From Gonapodya sp. JEL0774 (taxonomy: Eukaryota), in assembly GCA_027604505.1 (NCBI GenBank), contig JADIIX010000066.1:62001-120947 (forward strand): 58,947 nucleotides of DNA, in the 5' to 3' direction. Shown here in pieces: positions 50,548 through 58,947 of this stretch. The position numbers and the translations under genes are program-made. Position 1 is the stretch's first letter. The number at the start of each line of letters is the position of its first letter. The notes below the pieces were generated by a model that had not been told where the DNA came from, searched no databases, and was given only the letters and a program-made list of their open reading frames with translations.

Positions 50548-51931
50548 TTTGTTATAAGTTGAGATTCTGAGCACACACCTCCACTGGTGGCACCAAGCGA
50601 CAGGGATCAACAACCAATCAAACCAATCAAACTTCTCTACGGCTTATCAATCCATTATGCTTCTCTGCTTACACAAAATGCGAAACGTCCAGTGCTATTT
50701 GAATCTACACAAATGACCTCTTTGAGATCACAGAAGGAGGGAGCAGACTAGGAAGAAATTGAGTGTTTAGAACTGACGTGGGAGCTTCTTTCTGGCGTAG
50801 CTGAGCTCTCCTGCGTAATAAATTCTTGGAGTGTAATGAACGGTGTTCATGATTGGGATTGACGTGATGCCGTGATGTTCAGGCCGCGGATGACCTGATG
50901 ATGATGATGACGTTATCAGAGAAGTAAATCGGCAGTCACCAGAAAAAGTAGTTGTTTGTATGTTGCTTTTGCTGACAGTATACTCGGATCATGAAAATAA
51001 TCTACAGAGTGAGAGCAACTAGCAACTTAACTACATAACTCCCTTCTTCCGCACCACATATCCAAAATGGTGCTCGACTAGTAAACTACCTCTAGTAGCC
51101 TTGGGGTTTGTAGCTTGTAACCAACAGTTTTCGATGGTGCGTGGAATTTTGTCAAGGAAGATTTGTTGGTCTTGAAAGAGTGCTGAGCGGGTACAGCTGT
51201 ACTCAGTGGCAAGAGAAAAACTGCACCTCCCCCATCTTCCCCATTTCTCCGGATACACTCAGGCGATCAATTATTCCAGCGAGTTTGCAGCTCCCGTCAT
51301 ATCATTCGTCATTGTGATCGATGGCAGGTTCCGTTGTTCACTCTGTATTGGAGCTCTTCCTTCCCATTTCAAGGTTTTCGTCACGTACCGCTCACACTGC
51401 GGAGGTCCATTCAGCCCACGATTATCTCGTGGCCTGAATGAGTTCTATGCAGAATGAGTGGGCCGGTGCCTTCAAAATGTCCATCGTCCTCCACACTGGC
51501 TGTTCCTCTCCTCCACCTATCGTCTCTGCCTTCGTTGGGTTATGTGATCGGAACCTCACCATTCTGTCGAGATGTCATGTCGCATCTTGCACTCTGAAAA
51601 TTTCTGTACACACGAGCCGGACATTTCGATACACTCGAGGTTAACTGGGCGCCGTCTCGTTCTTACCCCACGACGGTTGCCTTTTAATGCTTCGAAAGAA
51701 CAACGCGAGGCTCTTACAACTCGTCGGCATGCGCTCTCCCCTTCTTGTGGAGTCGCTAGGACCTATGGGCTTTAAAGTGTCGCTATATTATTTCGTGCCA
51801 TAAAGGCTTCAGCGCCAGTACAATGTTACAAAGTAAAAACATTATCATCAATAATCACAATCGAATAAGTATGTAATTGCGATGTATGGTATCGCATTAA
51901 ACTTGTATGAGTCCGGGACGGGGTAATCAGT

Positions 51932-54900
51932 CTAGAAGAAGTCGGCTTTCTTCTTTAACTCGGTCTTCTTCCATTGTGGTAAAGCGAGAAATTGTGGTTT
52001 CTGGTCAAGTGGGAGAACCGTGTGTTAGCATACCGACTCTCGCATTAGGAACAGTGGCTCCTCCAAATGTCTCACCTCCATTCCGAATAGACGCTTGAAC
52101 TCCGTGGCAATTAGGTAGTTCTCCATGTTTGCGGGGCTAAAAGAAACACCATTTGCAATTGGCGCAAGTCTGAAAATACCAAAAGTACCGCGCCACACTC
52201 ACTCCAGTCCCAGTGGTTTATCCTTTGCCTTAAGCTCCTCCAGTGAGTACTCCCCTTTACTGAGTTTCGTTAGAAGACTCTCCACAGTTTCGATGGCATC
52301 ATCGTCATGCACAGCGTGTCCGGTGTTGGTCCCCAAGATGATGCTCCCCATTTTCCCAAAAGCAGATTTGAAGCTACCACTCCCACCCGAGGTGGGGCTC
52401 GGGGGCACCCGGGCGTCCCAGCATAGAAAATGATCCGTAAATGCTTTGGGCTCTTGCCCTGAGCGGAGAACGTAAGCGTGTGAGAATGGAAGCCGATCTG
52501 GAGAGTTCTCGTCCGAAGATGCGAGCCCGCAGTACGACTTCGAAACACATGGGCCCAGAAAACCACCATGGTTGTTTGTGGGAGTAAAAATCAAAAGCCG
52601 TCAACCAGTTTGCCTACCTCTGCTGCATCGAGTGCTTCTTTGATGTCCTTCCACCGGGTTGTGGCTCTGGCACCAATCCACACGTACAGGGTGGTCCACG
52701 CGTCGAGAATATAAACAGACTCTTCCTCGAGATCCAGCGCTTGGAAAGGGCGAATTTCCTCGGTCTGTAGGTCGCGGCGTCGTCACCAATGCGAAGAGAA
52801 AACAGTACGGGCGCGCATCCACTTACCGATGGCGCCCCCATAACACTACAAACGAAAGAATGGATTCACTGCTAAGTAACTAGCAGTTTTGACAGTCCAG
52901 AAAACTCACTGTGAGATCTTCCATAGCCTGCGCCTCCATCCCTTGGGCGGCTTCCCTTCCTCAATCACGACTTTGTCCTCATCAAACTTCTTGCCCATGA
53001 AGTCTCTCGCTTTGCAAGCTTCGATGTCTAAGCTTGTGAGCTCCAGGCCGGGATTTTTACTCGCAGCGCCAATCTTTTCCCAGAAGTCGGCGGACTCTGC
53101 ACCCTGGTGGACCTCATTTACAGGCCGGGGGTCACCCTGCAGGGTTCAGGATCCAAGTAACAATCATCAACGAGCGAATGAAGCAAGGGGATCGCAACAT
53201 ACCCCACATCTTTCCCTAGCGACTTTCTTTGCGAGAGCAATCTGCTGTTTGCTCGATCCTTTCCCATGCCACACCCAGAGTGTCCTCTTGCCAGTCATTA
53301 CAAAACTGTCCCAAGGAGAAAGAGACCTTGCGTTCTGAAGAGAAAACAAGAAGAAAACAAGTTGTTTTGGAAAGAAATCTGCGTATGAACATCAATGAGA
53401 GCCTACGTACGACAGCAATCTCCGACACTCGTATACCCTCCCCTGCACCTGACCGGTAAACTTGATAAAGTCGTCGGCCCGATGGATCAAACATGGCTCG
53501 CTGTCCCTACGTACATCGGAAATGGTAAAACCCCTCACTCCACCCTCTTCTATCAATCGTCATACCTTGCGGACAACAACGAAACCACCGAAAGCACCCA
53601 AAAACTCAGGAGGCTCCCTGTCCTGCTCCACTCGTAGCTGACGAACATCTTTACCGCGATAAGTTTCGGCGACGAGGAGAGCGGCCGTGCCTTGATCCTT
53701 CTGCTCCCCGAATATTGAGAACGTTATACACATCAAGGGCCTTGATGAAAGACGAGGATTAAGAGCTCACCTGAAGAGTCGTTCTTCCTTGCCAGAAAAA
53801 TACGACACTCGCATCCTTTTCAAGCTGTGGATATCGCCCATCTCGGTATCGGTAATAGATGATGTACGACTCACTGCTGTAGAAAATGCCATGCTCGGAG
53901 GAGGGAAGCTCTTTTACATTCATAGTCGTGGAGAGCCAAACCTGCTCGAAAGAACCTGGAGAGATTGGAACACGTTTACACGCTTCCGTGTTGTTTAAAC
54001 CCACCCGGATTTCTAGCAGCCCGGCATCAATCATTTTGAACAATTCATTATCATCCCACCGTGCAATGGGCTCGTGCCCACGAAGCATTAAGAGAGGATC
54101 GATCTTGTCGGATCTGGCAACATCTGCCCCACGGTCGTAGACACCCCACAACTTGTCCCTCAGAACGACATTACCTTGCTTCTTGACCTCCAAGGTAGCA
54201 CCACCTTTGTCTGGGAAGTCGATGAAGCGTTCCCGAAAGTGAGGGGACTCCCTGGCCTGTCTTTCCATGACAAGGGGGAGGGGCATTGAAGGGTCTGGAG
54301 ATGACCCGTCCGATATGCTTCGGGCGAAATCCATAGCAGCATGAACGTTTGGCGCTGAAGATCTAGTCGGTTGCCAAAGCTAATAAATGAAGAGATAGCG
54401 TTGGCTTTGTCGTGAAGAATGTCAGAAAAACAACACCCACGTAGACCATGTCCACGCAGCGCACGACCGCAACACCCTCGCCCTTTGCTTTCCAAGAAAG
54501 GCCAGCACCTTTTTGTATCTCTACCCAGAATGATTCTCGCTCCTCATAAACAGTTGTTACTGCATCCACTTGGGCATCCCACGCAGCGTCGTCCACCGGC
54601 ATTGGGAATCGAATGGGCGGGTGTGCATCGGGAGTTGGGGAACGAGACGACAGACGTTCCACAAACTTAGCCATTTCTGGTGTGGATCCATTCGATTGGT
54701 CTGCAGGGATGACATTAGAGACAATCTTTGCGTGTTCGGTTCTGTGTCACCACTCACCAACTACCATCACCTTCCCTCTTCCAATATTCTCGAGTGCATT
54801 CCATCGATTAGCTACCTCGATTGCTCTGCTCCTCTTTACGGTCCCCGCATCCTTGCCAAAGAAGACCCATACTATGGCTTCCTTCAGACGCGATGTTGCA

Positions 54901-57900
54901 CCCATCTCATCCGGGCGATCGTTTCCAGAGTCCATCGGCGGGGGAGGGTCATCCAAGATCAAGCAATCGCTATCACTCAGAGATTCCACATTCATTACAA
55001 CCTAGGCGAGTATTGCGACATGAGTCTAAAGTGGCCTTCCAACCACAGGCGATAAAGCAACACACCTTAGTAACCCAAACTCTCCGTTTGCCCCGACACA
55101 GCCATAGTGTTCTTGGACGATCAATTTGCTTCAAGGCTCCATCCTCTCCCGCTCGCCGCAACCGGACTTGATCCAATTCATGCTCCTCTTTCTGACTACC
55201 AGGATTCTGGTCACCTGTAACCCTGCGAAGGCCAGCTCTCAGTCTCGTGATTTCTGCGTTTTCACCTGTCGGACTTGGAGGCTGGGACTCCGACGATGCT
55301 GTCACGCTCGCGGGAGAATCTGGGTTCGATGAGTTTAATGTATTCGCAAAAATACCCGCGGCTCCCTTGACGTTGTTTCCTCCTCTCGAGGCAGTGGCCA
55401 GGGGAGGGGGCATTGCGACAGTCCACTTGCGTTTGGCATCGCCCGCTGATAATCCAGAAACCGTGTCCTGCGATTGATCTGATTCCCAGCCGGTGCTTCC
55501 TGCGGAGGCATCCAAACCAAAGCCCGCAGCAGGCTGAGATGTCCGTCGTGCCGAAATCGAGGTCTCCTCTTTCGAAAGAGGAGAGTCGACGGGCATTGAG
55601 TGCACACCATCTGCATTCTGCGAAGCCAATGCAGGTTGGCTTGCACGCCGATTGAACAGTCGCGGTGATAATGTGGGGGATTGACTGGGGAGTTCCCCGT
55701 CCGTCGCACTGTCCACAGCTCGGAAGGATGATGCTTCTCGCATATCGTCCCGAAACGCTTGTGTTGGAGCGCGGGCACCAGGGCGAGCAACTGGGCGCTT
55801 TGTAGGAGGGAGAATGTTGGCAGCTCCCGGCGGTGGAAAAGGACTGTTCGGTGGGTTGGTCGGGCTGTTAGAGTGCTCCAACTGGACACCAGATGACGCC
55901 AGGACATCCGAAGGTTCAGCCACAACGTCACTGCCTAAAATGGCACCTCGGCCATTCGCTTCGGGAAGAGGGGTTGAAGGTGGTGGTGCAGAGGACTGGA
56001 ACAACTTGGGGGACGAAGTCTGAGATCGTTCCTCGCCCCGAGTGGATGATATCTTGGACCCAGAATTCGTCCCTTGACTTAACAAGTCTCCAAGCTCCTG
56101 GGACTGCTCCCTACTCATGCGCGCCTTGTCACCTGATCCTTTTCTTTGTCGATCCAGTGACCCATACTTGTCAGCAACGGACTGCGATCTCCCGGAAGAC
56201 GATGACTTCCCTGGCCGATCCAATGACTCATACAACCTTTCTGTGGTGGAATATGACCTCCCAGGAGACGATGATTGTGGTCTAGATGGAGACTCGGGTT
56301 GCATCCTGCTAGGGGATGAAGGTTTCGGTCGGTCCAAAGAGCTGTAAGACCTCTCATTGGTCAGCACTCGGTCCACCGGCTTGATTTTGTCACGTGTACC
56401 TCGGCTTGACCGGTCGGAAGAAAACCCAGGCTCAATGGCTGATGCGGGCACAGACCTCGCGCGTGTCCGAGTAGAAGATTCCTGTTCCGTGCTTTTCTCC
56501 TCAACGGCGGTTCCCTCGACAACCCCGCCGCCCGACCTGCTCCGACCTGATTTTTTATGCGAGCGGGGTGATACGGGCGGAGAGAACGTTCGCTCTGAGC
56601 TCGGTTCCACAAGCGATTTGACGGCACTGTCGAGTTCAGTGTATGGCGCCGAGAACTGCCTAGATGATGAAACAGGTTCCGTTAGCGGTCCCTTCACAGA
56701 AGAGAATGACGACTCCCGGTCTCCTCGGTTTCTCTTTGGTGGAGGGTTGGGTTCAGAGTTCACTAATGGCGGGATGTATCCGTCAGCAACAGGGAACGTA
56801 GGCGCGGGGTGATGGTATGAAGTTGGAGGTGTGGGAAGAGGAGACTGAGAATGGTTGGGTGGGGTAACATTGCCCCGACGAGCACCGACACTTCGAGCGC
56901 GCGGTTGTCGAGAATCTAAAGGCATTGTAATGGACCCGTCCACCGAATACATTGTGGCAGGTGACGTAACTCCGTTCCCGGAGGAGACGCCAGACCCGTT
57001 CAGTCCCGCAGAACCAGTGAGCATCACAGACCCAGCAAGTGTCCCGGAACCCGTGAATACATCAGACGGGAGATATAAATCTGATCCGCTTTTGGGTAGA
57101 GGTGGTGGCTGTTGGGGCGGTGGAGCCACAGTAGAGGTCCCATCGCGGGCCTTCAACGCAGCAGCAGCATCACGCTCCGCCGCCTTCTGTTGTCGCGCAG
57201 CGGCAGCACCAACGCTTCGGGCTCGTGATCGACGAGGAGGTGGCGATGGGGTGGCAACATCGGCGTTTATATTTGGGGGATTCTCAGGGAGAGATGAGGG
57301 GTTCGGAACACTATTCAGCGACGAGGTACGGGGAGGATCTGCCAGAGGGACTGAGTAATCCACTCCATTAGCTTGTCCTTTGGCAGAAGTGTTGCTCTGA
57401 TAGTCCCAGAACGCCGCTGGGGGTGGAACGGGCCGCGCTTGAGAGGGAGAAGCATTCTCAGAATTGCCAGGAGTTGACCTTCGTGCAGTGGTATTCGAAG
57501 CCGATGGACGACGCGATACGTTTGTCTCACGAACTTGCGGCACTGATGTCTGGGTGCCAACATAGTCGACAGCAGCTCCATATGCCTGGGGCGAGGCCAA
57601 GGACGGGCGACTGTTTCCTCGAGACAAGGAAGCGCTATTTGTGGCCCTCATAGATTCATTCAATGCTTCTTGTGCAAGAAAAGATGAAACAAATTCTGTG
57701 CCGCCGGCGGAGCGGCTGCGAGAATGCGGGGATCCAACAACACGTCGAGCGGCCTCAACCTCGGCGGGGTGGAGGTATGGACGGGTTGGGTCACGCATAC
57801 CCGGTTTGTAAGAAGGAGGATCAAAGGCAAGGGGGCGAAATTCCATTGAGACATCCACGTCACTGGGAGGAGGGCTGTTTGTGACTGGAAGTGGAGTGAT

Positions 57901-58559
57901 GCGCGGAGAAGGGATACTTTGATTGTATCCGGCAGAGGCATGGTTAGCAATAGAAGGCGATGCTATCTGACGAAGGGGGGGTCGACCATTGCGTTTCACG
58001 GCGAGATCCTGCGAGGTGATCAGGGTGGAAGTTGTAATTCGAAAACGCGCAGGAATCAACACCCCGGGAATAAAAAGCGTATCACACGAGAAAATGAGCT
58101 CAAATGTAATTGAATACATGTCGTGCCTCCTACGAATTGCTCCTGGTAGTTTCCCCCATATGGGATAGAGCCCCTTCAGGATTAAAGGTGTCTCCCATCA
58201 TGTTCGAATGACCGTTCAGTGACCGTCGCGGACTCGTTCGAGAGACCGGCACGCTAGCATAATCATGCACACCGTCCAAATATACAATGAGCAATTTTAG
58301 GAATTCTCCGCGTTCCCAGGTCAGCGGCTAATGACAGCCTCGCGACCTTCGACATTCCCACCAAACTCGCGCTCTAACGCCATCAAAGCCACACTATGAT
58401 ACGACAATCTTGATGTGAACTCACTTCTTCCATTCGTTGAAGTTCCAACTTCACGGTTCGCTGTCGTTCTTCCTCCTCTGCCCTTCTGATCTTCCTCCTC
58501 TGAATCTCCTCCGCCTCTGAAGTACGCCGCAAATGTTCAAGACGTTCCGCAGCGGACAT
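51932..58559 (-). CDS. Supervillin-like protein: ~1,100-aa disordered N-terminus, gelsolin-like repeats and a villin headpiece
   Basis: LWLCRGKRRVWVTK...SLSDSDCLILD...VWVFFGK, ESPHFRERFIDFPD, GIFYSSESYIIYYRY...FFWQGR, EGKPPKG, GQEPKAFTDHFLCW. Headpiece: YSLEELK...ENYL...EFKRLFGME/KPQFLALPQWKKTELKKKADFF*. The start at 58559 is tentative. Confidence 0.88.
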
Positions 58560-58947
58560 CTCAGCGCCAATGAATCCGATCGCGGGCAGGTGTGATCCGA
58601 AGGATTCGCGGAAAGTGTGATGTAAACGAATACCTGCAGCCTCTTGCCAATCACAATCCACCTCACGATTGGCACCGAGACTCGGCCACACACAAGTCCC
58701 TATTTGGTGATTAGAAGACTCAGAAGAATTGGTGTGGTCCTGGTAAATGTTATGGAAATTACGGTGAACTCCAACCAAAACCAAGAAGCCTCCGCTCCAG
58801 CATCCTAAAATTTTATCTTCATGTACATTTTAGTATTAAAAACCACAATTCGATTTATATATGCACCTCTTAACCCATGACCGAACGGCCACCCATCTTT
58901 TGACTTTATTTCGTGTTCCATTTCGTTCATTTCATTTTCAAAATGTC

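Noticed and set aside
50600..51800. Possible gene or ncRNA between the carrier and the supervillin-like gene
   Set aside because: Only short ORFs and a (TGA)n microsatellite; nothing supportable.
1..58947. Transposase/RT genes, U12-type introns and in-frame UGA selenoproteins
   Set aside because: No such motifs were recognised. The splice donors I checked are ordinary GT types without the RTATCCTT signature, and the exons I translated needed no UGA read-through.

Overview
Eukaryotic, intron-rich genomic DNA with short GT-AG introns and several micro-exons. Gene content suggests an early-diverging, probably flagellated (zoosporic) fungus; this is an inference. About 16 protein-coding genes can be reconstructed by hand: two tandem DAL/ACS-family MFS permeases (the first truncated by the window edge), an APC amino-acid/GABA permease, ribosomal protein uL13, a secreted Cys-rich/mucin-like protein, APS kinase, an intron-split MscL channel, a hydrophilic stress-type protein, a JEN1-type carboxylate transporter, an EFCAB9-like EF-hand protein, a low-complexity coiled-coil protein, a METTL7-like methyltransferase, an RGS-domain protein, a CNNM/Mam3 protein, an intersectin-like EH-SH3-DH-PH-C2 protein, a carnitine carrier and a supervillin-like protein. 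The most unusual non-coding structure is a modular array of palindromic hairpin repeats that fills intron 2 of the uL13 gene. The most notable coding finds are the EFCAB9 (CatSper Ca2+ sensor) homologue and the spliced MscL with a CxxC-CxxC tail. No rRNA, intact tRNA, CRISPR array or transposase was recognised. All family calls rest on motif recognition, not database searches, and exon boundaries are hand-derived.
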